Shown: in pieces, positions 8,501-17,407 of the stretch
How positions within the stretch are numbered: position 1 is the first letter of the stretch
Layout of the letters: every line of letters starts with the position of its first letter
NCBI GenBank assembly: GCA_007096045.1
Contig: SFAU01000020.1
Coordinates: 21,798 to 61,797 of the forward strand
Length of the DNA: 40,000 nucleotides
Source: Microcystis novacekii Mn_MB_F_20050700_S1
GTDB lineage: Bacteria; Cyanobacteriota; Cyanobacteriia; Cyanobacteriales; Microcystaceae
Reading direction: 5' to 3'
Made by a program: the position numbers and the translations under genes
Notes under the pieces: model-generated
Told to the model about the DNA's origin: nothing
Seen by the model: only the letters and a program-made list of their open reading frames with translations
Databases searched by the model: none

Positions 8501-11500
8501 CCGAAGAAGTCGATATCAACTCCTTTTATGAAACTTATCAAAAATCAGGGATAAATTACGGGAGTAACTTTCGGCTCATTCATCAACTGAAGCGCGGAGA
8601 AAATACAGCTTTTGCTCAAATCAAATTAACCGATAGATTAGAGCGGGAAAAATATCATTTTCATCCAGCTATGTTAGATGCTTGTTTTCAAGGGATTGCT
8701 GCCATTTTATTTAAAGAAGAATCCTCAGTAACTTATGTTCCTGTTCGCCTTGATAAATTGGCATTTTTCCACCCTCCTGATGAGCAGGTAATCAGCGCGG
8801 TTCGACTGAAGAACTCCTCCCCTAACCCTAACATTATTATCGCTGATATTGATATCTATTCTCCCCAAGGTCAACCCTTAGCATCCCTGACCAACTTAGA
8901 ACTAAAAGCCGTTCAATCCCAAGAGATTATCCCCCAAGAAATCCCCCCTCAAATTTATCTAGAAGAATGGATGCCTTGCGAGGAATTATTAGGGAATGGC
9001 AGAAACACTTTAATAGCTCCCCAGGTGATTAAAAATCAAATTCACCCCCCACAGTTAGAACAACAACTAGGGGAAAAATTGGCGCAATATGAGCGCTTAA
9101 TGGCAGCCTTGGAAAAGTTAAGCGTTGTCTATATCTGGGAAGCCTTAACAAAACTTAATGGACAGCCAAAATTAGGTCAAACTTATTCCGAAGCACAGAT
9201 AGCAAATCAGGGTCAAATTGACGATTTTTACCGACCTTTATTATCTCGATGTTTAAGCATTTTAGCTGAAGAAAAAATCGTTAATCAGACAAAAGATGGC
9301 TGGTTATTTATCAAAAAATTAGAAGCACCTTCATCCCAATCACAAGTTAAAATTCTCCGCCAAGAATTTGCCGATTATCCAGCAGAGATTAGTCTAATGG
9401 AGCGTTGTGGCTCTGCTTTGGCAGCAGTCATGAGTCGTCAAGTTGAGCCATTAGAATTACTCTTTCCTCAAGGGGATTTAGAAGCGATCGCATCAATTTA
9501 TTCGGAAGCCGCCGGAGCTAAATTGATGAATCAGTTAGTCGCCACCACAATCAGCCGTGCTATTGCAAATTTCCCCCCCTATTATCCCCTAAGAATTCTC
9601 GAAATTGGAGGAGGCACAGGAGCCGCTACTACTGGCATTTTACCTCACTTACCCAAAGAACATATCGAATATGTATTTACCGATATTTCCTCTAGTTTCT
9701 TAACAAGAGCCAAGGAAAATTTTAGAAACTATCCCTTTATTAAATATCAAACTTTAGACATTGAAAAAAATCCCTTTACTCAAGATTTTCTCCCTGGCAG
9801 TTTTGACATAATCATTGCCGCTAATGTTCTTCATGCCACAGCCAACCTTCAAAAAACCCTTGAAAATGTGCGCTCTCTCATCGCTCCCAAGGGACTACTA
9901 ATCCTCTTAGAAAGTACAGGGGCAAGACGTTGGGTAGATTTAACCTTTGGCTTGACAGAAGGATGGTGGTTATGTAGTCAAGATATTCGGCGGAATGGTT
10001 ATCCGTTAATCAGCACAAAAGATTGGCAAAATTTACTGATTGAGAATCAATTTGAAGACATTAATATTATCGAACCAAGCCAAGCAAAAACCCGAAATTT
10101 ATTAAAACAAAGTGTCATTATTGGTAAAAGCAGTGAGCAATTACCTTCTCTGCCAGCAAAATCTTACTCTCATCAAATAATCTGGGCAGATAGTCAAGGA
10201 ATTGCTAACGGTTTAATCCCTCTATTCCAACAGAGAGGAATAAGTTGTTCTTGCGTCTTTACCCAAGATATTAACCCGGAGATTGCTGAAGATTACCTAT
10301 CAATATTGAGAAACTCGATAACTTCAGAAACTCGTCAAATACTGTACTTCTGGGGCTTAGAAAAAATCCCCGGAGAAATTGATCAACAAGTCGAGATTCA
10401 TTGTCAACGATTTCTCTTTTTCTTACAAGCCTTATTGCAGCAAGAAAATCCACCGACTCTGATTTTAGTGACTCAAGGAGCAGTACCAGCAAAAGCCATT
10501 AAAACCCTAACCTCTCCCTCTCAAGCCTCCTTATTAGGAATAGCCTTCAGCCTAGTCTTAGAACATCCTGAACTTAATTTTAAGGCGATTGACCTAGAAC
10601 CAGATGAAGTAAACGCAGCCGACAAACTGCTGCAAGAAATCTACAGTAATCCCCAAGAAAACCGGGTTGCTTTGCGGGGGGAACAGCGTTTTTATCCCCG
10701 TTTGGTGCAGAGAAAACTTGAAGATGGAAAGATCAATTTTAGTCCTGATGCCTATTATTTAATCACAGGAGGCACAGGGGGGTTAGGATTAGCAACAACC
10801 CGATGGATGATTGAAAAAGGGGCGCGGAATCTAGTTTTGTGTAGTCGTCGAGGGGCAGAAGGAATTAGCCCTGAAATATTAGCCAATTTCTCCTCTAGTG
10901 GGGCAGAAGTTACCCTTAAAAAACTTGATATTACCGATGCTGAAAAACTGCACGCCGTCCTAGACGAATGCCGTTCTAAATATCCTATACGGGGTATTTT
11001 TCACATTGCTGGAACCTTAGACGATACAACCTTATTAAGACTAACACCAGAGAGCTTTAATTATGTTTTAGCTCCCAAAGTTAAAGGAACTTGGTTGCTT
11101 CATCAACTCACCCTAAATGACCCATTAGAATTCTTTGTCTGTTATACTTCTGCTGTATCTTTAATTGGCTCGGCAGGACAAGCTAATGCTGCGGCAGCTA
11201 ATGCCTTTGAAGACGCTTTTATCTATTATCGTCAGGCGCATAGTTTACCCGGAACGGTCATAAATTGGGGTCCTTGGAGCGAAATAGGTGCAGCAGTAGA
11301 TCGCAATGTTTTGGAGAGATTAGCCGCTAAAGGATATGGGGCTATGAAACCCGATTTAGCCCTTAATGCTCTGGAAAAAATTCTTCTAAATCAGATTATC
11401 CGCGCCGGTGTAATTAAGATTGACTGGCAACAATTTCCTTATATTCATCAAAGCTTTTATAAAAACTTTCTGCCTCAAGGAAAACCCCAAGCTGCCCCCT

Positions 11501-14500
11501 CATCTGAGTTTTTAAAACAATGGCAAAATTTAACCTTAAAAGAGCGTCCTAATTGGCTAACTAATCATATCATCATGCGTGTTTCTACTGTTTTAGGACG
11601 CTCAAATGATGAAACTTTTTCCCCTCAACAGGGCTTTTTTGATTTGGGGATGGACTCTCTCACTTCTACAGAGTTACGAAATCTGTTACAAACTGACTTT
11701 AATTGTTCTCTCCCTTCGACAATTACTTTTCGTTTTCCGAATGTTGAAGCCTTAGCTAATTATTTACAGCAAGAAGTTCTAGATAATTGTCAACCAGTAT
11801 TTACACCTCAAATAAAAGCAGAAATTTCTCAAAAACAGCCAGAAAAATTCTCTGTAGAAAAATCACAATTCGATGATGATCCTATTGTTATTGTCGGCAT
11901 GGCTTGTCGATTCCCCGGCGGTGCTAAGAATTTACAATCTTTCTGGGAACTTTTAGAACAGGGAAAAGATGCCATAACAGAAATTCCTCAAGATCGCTGG
12001 GATCAGGAAACATGGTATGATCCTAATCCCGATGTACCGGGCAAAATATACGCTCCTTACGGTGCATTTCTAGAACAAATTGAGGAATTTGATGGAGAAT
12101 TTTTTGGCATTATTCCTAGAGAATCTGTTGCCATGGATCCTCAGCAGCGTTTACTCTTGGAAACCACCTGGCAAGCTTTAGAATCTGCTGGACAAAATCC
12201 CCAAAAATTACGCAACAGTCAGACGGGAGTTTTTATCGGTTGCATGACTCAAGATTATGCCCAATTAAGTTATTCTCCTCAAGCCATTAATGCTTATACT
12301 GGTTCAGGAACTTCTGTTAGTATGGCGGCGGGTCGTCTTTCTTATGTACTTGGTTTACAGGGTCCATCAATGACTATTGACACCGCTTGTTCCTCCTCAT
12401 TAGTAGCGATTCATTTAGCTTATAATGCCTTACTTAATGGTGAGTGCGATCTGGCTTTAGCTGGAGGGGTTAATATTATTTTAACTCCCATTATTTCTTT
12501 AATCGAAAGTCGCGCCCATATGCTTGCCCCTGATGGACATTGCAAAACCTTTGATGAGAGCGCAAATGGCATGGTGCGAGGAGAAGGCTGTGGAATAGTT
12601 GTTCTGAAAAGATTGAGCCAAGCGGTTAAGAATGGAGACCAAATTTTGGCAAAAATTTATGGTACAGCCGTCAATCATGATGGTCCAAGCAGTGGGCTAA
12701 CTGTTCCTAATGGTCAAGCTCAAGAAAAATTATTATATCAAGCACTTAAAAGTGCTAATCTTAAGCCTGAACAAATCGATTATATCGAAGCTCATGGCAC
12801 TGGAACAGCCCTTGGTGATCCGATTGAATTAGAAAGTATGTCCGCCGTTTTTGGTCAACGCTCCCCTAATCGGCCTTTAATTATTGGTTCAGTAAAAACG
12901 AATTTAGGCCATTTAGAAGGTGCTGCCGGAATTGCTGGATTAATTAAAACAGTTCTAGCTTTACAACACCATAAAATACCTCCTCATCTTCACTTTAAAA
13001 ATCCTAATCCCCGCTTTGATTGGAGTTCTCATATTTTTGAAGTTCCTGTACAAGGAAAACCTTGGAATATCAGCGAACGTCCAAGGATTGCTGGAGTAAG
13101 TTCCTTTGGATTTAGTGGAACGAATGCTCATGTCATTGTTGGGGAAATTGACGCTGATTTACCTCAAGCTTCGGAGAATAATTTTTATCTATTACCCCTT
13201 TCGGCTCGTTCTGAAAAATCCCTGCAAGAGTTAGCGAGAAATTATCAAGATATTTTGACTGAGTCTATCAATTTAGCTGATGTTTGTTTTACCGCCAGTA
13301 CAGGGCGGGGGATTTTTTCGCAACGAATCTGTATTTTAGCAGACTCAATAACGACGGCACAACGAGCATTAATTGATTACCAAGATGGTGAAGATTCTGA
13401 CTCATTAATTCGACCGATTTTATCAGAGACTCCGCCAAAGATAGCTTTCCTCTTTTCTGGACAAGGCTCTCAATATTCTGGCATGGGAGAAACTCTTTAT
13501 AACCGAGAAGTTGTTTTTAAGGAAACATTAGAGCTTTGTGATCAAATTCTAGAACCCCTTTTAGAAAAATCTCTCCTAGATTTAATCTTTCAAGAGCAAA
13601 ATAGCCAGTTATTAGAGGAAACCCAAATCACTCAGCCGGTGATTTTTTCGGTTGAATATGCACTTGCCAAATTATGGCAATCTTGGGGAATACAACCTTC
13701 AGCCCTTTTAGGACATAGTATCGGGGAATATGTGGCGGCTTGTTGGGCAGGAGTCTTTTCTTTAGAAGATGCCTTAAAATTAGTGACTCAACGGGGTAAA
13801 TTAATGGGAAAATTGCCCCACAATGGCAGTATGTCCGCTATTTATGCTGATTATGAGACGGTAGCAAACGCTGTAACTGCTTATGAAAATCAAGTTAATA
13901 TTGCTTCAGCCAATGGCTCAATTACCGTCATTTCTGGATTTAAAGAGATTGTTGAGCAACTGGAAAAAAACTTTATTGAACAAGGGTATAAAACTAAACG
14001 TTTAGCGGTATCTCATGCTTTTCATTCTCCTTTAATGCAGCCCATTCTTGATGATTTTTACCAGGTCTTAAAAACAATTTCTTTTCATGAACCTAGCTTA
14101 ACCATTATTAGTAATCTGACAGGGAAAGCTGTAGGTTCAGAAATTACAACTCCTGATTATTGGGTAGCTCATCTGCGTAATACTGTACAGTTTAGTCAAG
14201 GATTTAAGTCTTTAATAGATCAGGGTTATCGTTGTTTTCTAGAAGTCGGTTCCAAGCCTGTATTACTGAGTATGGCTCGCCTTATTTCCTCTAACCAAGA
14301 CCTATTATGGTTGCCTAGTATTGTACCCGGGCAGGATGAACAGGCACAAATGTATAGAAGTTTAGCGACACTTTTTGTTAATGGTTATTCCCTAGACTGG
14401 GCTAAAGTATTTAAACAAGGTAAGCGGATTATTTTACCGACTTATCCTTTTCAAAGAGAACGGTATTGGTTGTCTAACTCGGAATTTTCTCTAGGGCAAA

Positions 14501-17241
14501 TCAAGACTCAGTTACATCCTTTTATTAGAGATTTTAAAAAGTTAGCAACGGGAGACATAATCTTTGAAGGTGAGGTGAGTTCTCTTAACCCTAGTTATTT
14601 AGAAGAACATAAGGTATTTGAAAACATTGTATTTCCAGCTACCGGTTTTATTGAAGCTATTTTAGCTGCAAGTCAGAAAATATTTGATGGGCATTTTGTC
14701 ACCCTTGAAAATGTCTCTATCCATCAGGGACTACTCTTATCTCCAACTCCCTCAATAATCCAGATAATTTTTAAACCTAAAAAATTATCTCAACTGATTT
14801 ATACTTTTGAGATATTTAGCAGTGATTCTGCACAAGAACAATGGGTTCTTCATGTTACAGGTGAAGTCAAACTTAAGGATATACAAAGCTTGGCTGCCTC
14901 AGAATTAACCCAAACTAAATTAGAAAGGGAAAACTCTAAAGAATCGATTTCTATTCGTGAATTCTATGAGCTTTATCAGCAGATGGGTATCAGGTATGGA
15001 GAGCAGTTCCAAGCGATTCAAGAGTTATATTCTTTCAAAAAAGGCTCTGAAGCTAAAATTAGTATTAACCCTAGTTTAGCGGATCGGCGTTATCATTTTC
15101 ATCCAGTTCTTTTGGATGCTTGCTTACAAAGTATTGGGGCAGCTTTCCCCGAAATTCATGGTCAAGAATTGCATCTACCTTATGGATTCTCTTCCTTGGA
15201 AATATTCCTAAATCCAACTTCGCAAGTTTGGACGGAAGTTCAGGTCATCTCAGATACTAATGGTGAAATGAGAGTAAATGTTAATATTTATAATGAACAA
15301 GAACAGCTTTGCGCTCGCTTTACTGACTTAACAGCACGGCGCATAAATCCAGATATTTTACAGAGTTTATGGCAAGAAAAGTCAAACAATTGCTTTTATA
15401 AAGTAGAATGGAAAAAACTTTCTTCAATGCCAACTGTTGCCGTTGATCCTCAAAATTCTTGGTTAGTCTTGGTTCGTCCAGAAACAGACTTAAATTCCCT
15501 AATTAATTTATACAAAAAGGCAGGAGAAAAAGTAATTACTGTAGAAATGGGGCAGAATTATCAATGTCATTCTCAAGATTCTTTTGCCATCAATCCCGCT
15601 CAGAAATCTGATTTTCAGCGTCTCTATCAAGAAGCTTATCCATCGGGAGAATTTCCGACTGGTGTTGTTTTTTGTTGGGAATCTTCAGAAGCTGAAGATG
15701 TTCTAGATACAGTATATCAGAGTTCTCATGCCGTCTTAAATTTAGTGCAAACCCTCACTAATAACTGGGAGAAATTACCCCATTTATGGCTGATTACTCG
15801 CGGGGCTAATAAGATGAGCAATGATACGGCTTTATCTCCTCAACAGTCTCATTTATGGGGATTAGGAGCAGTCATTAATCAAGAGTATCCTAAAATGGGT
15901 TGTGTTTGTTTAGATTTACCAATCCATAAAGAAGCTAATGAAGCTGAACTTTTATTCAATGAATTAAAGTGTTTCCCCCATGAATTCCGTTTAGCTTTAC
16001 GTCAAGGAAACCGCTACGCAGCTAGGTTAGTTTCTGCATATCTTCCTATCTCAGAAAAACGACAGTTTATTAATCAGTCAGGGGCTTATTTAATCACGGG
16101 AGGGGGAGGAAAACTGGGCGGATTAGTGGCTCAATGGTTATCAGAAATGGGAGCAAGTCACTTAGTTTTGTGTAGTCGCCATGTTAAATCTTCAACAGAA
16201 TTGATAGCCTCATTAGTGGAAAAAGGCACAAAAGTAACCTTGATTGAAGCTGATATTACTTCCCCCACAGATATGAAAAATTTATTCTCTCGTTTTGGGG
16301 CAGACTTACCCGTCTTACGAGGAATAATTCACGCAGCAGCGGTCTTAGAAGATGGGCTGATCAGTAATCAAAGTTGGCAAAAATATCAAAAGGTAATCAG
16401 TCCAAAAGTAGCAGGAACTTTATTATTAGATCGTTATACTCGCTCTCTATCTTTAGACTTTTTCGTAAGCTTTTCTTCTGCGGCTGTTATCCTTGGTTCG
16501 CCGGGTCAAAGTAATTATGCGGCGGCTAATGCTTTCCTGGATGCTCTAATGCAGCAACGGCAAAGTTTAGGATTACCTGGTATTAGTATTAATTGGGGAG
16601 CTTGGGAGACGGGCAACCAAATTGATCAACAACGTTTCGCTAATTGGGGTTTGCAGATGATGTCCTCTGAGCAAGGGTTTCAATATCTCAGTCAGGTAAT
16701 TTTAGGTGATATTACTCAAGGGATAGTTCTCGATATTGATTGGTCGATTTTTAATCAAACTTTCAACATTAGTCAACCCTTCTTTAGCGAGGTATTAACC
16801 CTAAACAATCAAAAACAAACAAGTCCAGCAAAACTATTAGAACAATTAAAATCTGTCTCTATAGACGAACGAATAACCGCTTTAGTAGAAGGACTGGAGA
16901 AAATATTAAGAGAAGTGACAGGGTTAAATGAGAATAAGGTTATTCCTCAACAAACATCATTCTTAGACTTAGGTTTAAACTCTCTAATGGTCATAGAATT
17001 TAAAAATCGCTTAGAAAGAGATTTAGGGTGTAAATTGCTATCCTCGATCATTTTCGATTATCCTAATCTTCTCAGCTTAAGTACCTATTTAAGGGAAGAA
17101 ATTCTAGCCAATCATCTCGATTTTGAGATTAAAATAAATCCAATTCCTGACAATCATAATCCCTACGACAGCCTCAGTGAAGACGAACTCGCAAGATTAC
17201 TTAATCAAAAATTAACGGAGCTTGATCAATATGGAGGTTAA
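5521..17241 (+). CDS. mcyD: Microcystin synthetase McyD: bimodular type I PKS (KS-AT*-DH-CM-KR*-ACP-KS-AT-DH-KR-ACP)
   Basis: 3906 aa, the published McyD length as recalled. Module 1 motifs: KS1 Cys213 in DTACSSS (6157-6159), DH1 HPLLG (His at 8125), CM EIGGGTG (9601-9621), KR1 TGGTGGLG (10765-10788), ACP1 GMDS (Ser at 11656). Module 2 motifs: KS2 Cys (12388), AT2 GHSIG (Ser at 13717) plus HAFHS, DH2 HPFI and LDACLQ, KR2 with NYAAAN (Tyr at 16516), ACP2 GLNS (Ser at 16981). Published mcyD PCR primer sequences (recalled) match at ~16497-16516 (1 mismatch) and ~16773-16792. AT1 and KR1 are atypical (see findings). Confidence 0.97.
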   Translation: MDFQDKKNLSENEQSIQTRVFKALSEAKEKLKAFESQQSEPLAIVGLGCRFGHNIATPESFWSFLKAGKNHLRAIPNERWNQQDFYDSDRNKVGKIYVSQGGFLDDVSQFDAHFFGIAPKEAVAMDPQQRLLLEVAYEALENAGMATTTARRGKTGVFIGITNNDYARILTSNEDYNAIGAYHISGNHTNAAAGRISYLLNLNGPSLAVDTACSSSLVAVHLACRSLRSQECRQALVGGVNLVLTPEVVIALCRNQMLAADGQCKTFDESADGFGIGEGCGVIVLKRLSDALEDGDHIWAVIRGTAVNNDGASGGFTVPNGPVQRELIREALADARLNAEAIDYVEAHGTGTSLGDPIEIKAIAEALCVNRRKSNPLLVGSLKTNLGHLAAAAGISGLIKTALSLHYREIPAHLNLKKPNPHINWDALPISIVSQNCPWNVNNGKLKAAGVSSFGASGTNAHVILSEPPQPQTQTPKISPILVTFSAKEPERLRLFTTQFVDELEQKTALNVKDIALSLNTGRFPHKHRLALLVSNQENLRQGIQAFLNSNGDEKQFQNIQNNSFDIIYGEAQSHPKVAFLCNDEEEISPEIIENLLNNEPVFHEAFRQCEHLFKKYLEFSLQELLSSKKALDTQISLSVQPLLFAYQYALCELWKSWGISPAAILGSGLGEYLAAQQAGVFSLEDTVKLVAKRTRISPQNPNSEDLLSLLKSTPEVDSNSPDITLIYQGEVVKKSLTNLVNRGEKIGQKSDEIAQGISTLHQMGYQIFLEMGIGANLINIGRQKLGVNSILWLSSLGKDCHSDHHEQRVLGQLYVRGFNINWEAFHRSHPGQKISLPNSPFIRKRYWIDSGNKSESSSYKNPNYYSGHPLLGDHFPSPLALLQYRGSISQHKPAFLGEHQVFDQAILPASALIEMALAAGENQKVILENVEFKKALILKDTEDTLQLIIEQKSFKIYHALEPNWEVLVTGKIEELKSTNLTHCHLEEIAKNCSEEVDINSFYETYQKSGINYGSNFRLIHQLKRGENTAFAQIKLTDRLEREKYHFHPAMLDACFQGIAAILFKEESSVTYVPVRLDKLAFFHPPDEQVISAVRLKNSSPNPNIIIADIDIYSPQGQPLASLTNLELKAVQSQEIIPQEIPPQIYLEEWMPCEELLGNGRNTLIAPQVIKNQIHPPQLEQQLGEKLAQYERLMAALEKLSVVYIWEALTKLNGQPKLGQTYSEAQIANQGQIDDFYRPLLSRCLSILAEEKIVNQTKDGWLFIKKLEAPSSQSQVKILRQEFADYPAEISLMERCGSALAAVMSRQVEPLELLFPQGDLEAIASIYSEAAGAKLMNQLVATTISRAIANFPPYYPLRILEIGGGTGAATTGILPHLPKEHIEYVFTDISSSFLTRAKENFRNYPFIKYQTLDIEKNPFTQDFLPGSFDIIIAANVLHATANLQKTLENVRSLIAPKGLLILLESTGARRWVDLTFGLTEGWWLCSQDIRRNGYPLISTKDWQNLLIENQFEDINIIEPSQAKTRNLLKQSVIIGKSSEQLPSLPAKSYSHQIIWADSQGIANGLIPLFQQRGISCSCVFTQDINPEIAEDYLSILRNSITSETRQILYFWGLEKIPGEIDQQVEIHCQRFLFFLQALLQQENPPTLILVTQGAVPAKAIKTLTSPSQASLLGIAFSLVLEHPELNFKAIDLEPDEVNAADKLLQEIYSNPQENRVALRGEQRFYPRLVQRKLEDGKINFSPDAYYLITGGTGGLGLATTRWMIEKGARNLVLCSRRGAEGISPEILANFSSSGAEVTLKKLDITDAEKLHAVLDECRSKYPIRGIFHIAGTLDDTTLLRLTPESFNYVLAPKVKGTWLLHQLTLNDPLEFFVCYTSAVSLIGSAGQANAAAANAFEDAFIYYRQAHSLPGTVINWGPWSEIGAAVDRNVLERLAAKGYGAMKPDLALNALEKILLNQIIRAGVIKIDWQQFPYIHQSFYKNFLPQGKPQAAPSSEFLKQWQNLTLKERPNWLTNHIIMRVSTVLGRSNDETFSPQQGFFDLGMDSLTSTELRNLLQTDFNCSLPSTITFRFPNVEALANYLQQEVLDNCQPVFTPQIKAEISQKQPEKFSVEKSQFDDDPIVIVGMACRFPGGAKNLQSFWELLEQGKDAITEIPQDRWDQETWYDPNPDVPGKIYAPYGAFLEQIEEFDGEFFGIIPRESVAMDPQQRLLLETTWQALESAGQNPQKLRNSQTGVFIGCMTQDYAQLSYSPQAINAYTGSGTSVSMAAGRLSYVLGLQGPSMTIDTACSSSLVAIHLAYNALLNGECDLALAGGVNIILTPIISLIESRAHMLAPDGHCKTFDESANGMVRGEGCGIVVLKRLSQAVKNGDQILAKIYGTAVNHDGPSSGLTVPNGQAQEKLLYQALKSANLKPEQIDYIEAHGTGTALGDPIELESMSAVFGQRSPNRPLIIGSVKTNLGHLEGAAGIAGLIKTVLALQHHKIPPHLHFKNPNPRFDWSSHIFEVPVQGKPWNISERPRIAGVSSFGFSGTNAHVIVGEIDADLPQASENNFYLLPLSARSEKSLQELARNYQDILTESINLADVCFTASTGRGIFSQRICILADSITTAQRALIDYQDGEDSDSLIRPILSETPPKIAFLFSGQGSQYSGMGETLYNREVVFKETLELCDQILEPLLEKSLLDLIFQEQNSQLLEETQITQPVIFSVEYALAKLWQSWGIQPSALLGHSIGEYVAACWAGVFSLEDALKLVTQRGKLMGKLPHNGSMSAIYADYETVANAVTAYENQVNIASANGSITVISGFKEIVEQLEKNFIEQGYKTKRLAVSHAFHSPLMQPILDDFYQVLKTISFHEPSLTIISNLTGKAVGSEITTPDYWVAHLRNTVQFSQGFKSLIDQGYRCFLEVGSKPVLLSMARLISSNQDLLWLPSIVPGQDEQAQMYRSLATLFVNGYSLDWAKVFKQGKRIILPTYPFQRERYWLSNSEFSLGQIKTQLHPFIRDFKKLATGDIIFEGEVSSLNPSYLEEHKVFENIVFPATGFIEAILAASQKIFDGHFVTLENVSIHQGLLLSPTPSIIQIIFKPKKLSQLIYTFEIFSSDSAQEQWVLHVTGEVKLKDIQSLAASELTQTKLERENSKESISIREFYELYQQMGIRYGEQFQAIQELYSFKKGSEAKISINPSLADRRYHFHPVLLDACLQSIGAAFPEIHGQELHLPYGFSSLEIFLNPTSQVWTEVQVISDTNGEMRVNVNIYNEQEQLCARFTDLTARRINPDILQSLWQEKSNNCFYKVEWKKLSSMPTVAVDPQNSWLVLVRPETDLNSLINLYKKAGEKVITVEMGQNYQCHSQDSFAINPAQKSDFQRLYQEAYPSGEFPTGVVFCWESSEAEDVLDTVYQSSHAVLNLVQTLTNNWEKLPHLWLITRGANKMSNDTALSPQQSHLWGLGAVINQEYPKMGCVCLDLPIHKEANEAELLFNELKCFPHEFRLALRQGNRYAARLVSAYLPISEKRQFINQSGAYLITGGGGKLGGLVAQWLSEMGASHLVLCSRHVKSSTELIASLVEKGTKVTLIEADITSPTDMKNLFSRFGADLPVLRGIIHAAAVLEDGLISNQSWQKYQKVISPKVAGTLLLDRYTRSLSLDFFVSFSSAAVILGSPGQSNYAAANAFLDALMQQRQSLGLPGISINWGAWETGNQIDQQRFANWGLQMMSSEQGFQYLSQVILGDITQGIVLDIDWSIFNQTFNISQPFFSEVLTLNNQKQTSPAKLLEQLKSVSIDERITALVEGLEKILREVTGLNENKVIPQQTSFLDLGLNSLMVIEFKNRLERDLGCKLLSSIIFDYPNLLSLSTYLREEILANHLDFEIKINPIPDNHNPYDSLSEDELARLLNQKLTELDQYGG
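7249..8067 (+). other. Degenerate acyltransferase-like region of McyD module 1 (AT remnant)
   Basis: About 273 aa between KVAFLC and RKRYWI align colinearly with AT2 (~335 aa). It has FLCNDEEE in place of FLFSGQGSQ. It has LGSGLGEY in place of LGHSIGEY, with Gly669 (7525-7527) at the nucleophile Ser position. It has no HAFHS motif, and ~60-70 aa of the small subdomain are missing. Confidence 0.8.
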
Positions 17242-17407
17242 ACTTTAAAAATAATGTTTCAAAAGCCATGAGATGTGGTAGGATAGGTAGATGAACATGA
17301 GTAAGCTTAACTCTCTGGAGTTAAATTTGGGTTTATATTTACTGATAGCACAGCATCCTAATTTATGTTGAACGGCGTATAAATTTAGAAATTATAGAGA
17401 ATAGGGC

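Noticed and set aside
17368-17398. Possible internal promoter before mcyE (TTGAAC plus ATTATA/TATAGA)
   Set aside because: The -10 candidates are weak, and the predicted start would fall only ~5 nt before the ATG. Internal mcy start sites are reported in the literature, but this motif pair alone is not convincing.
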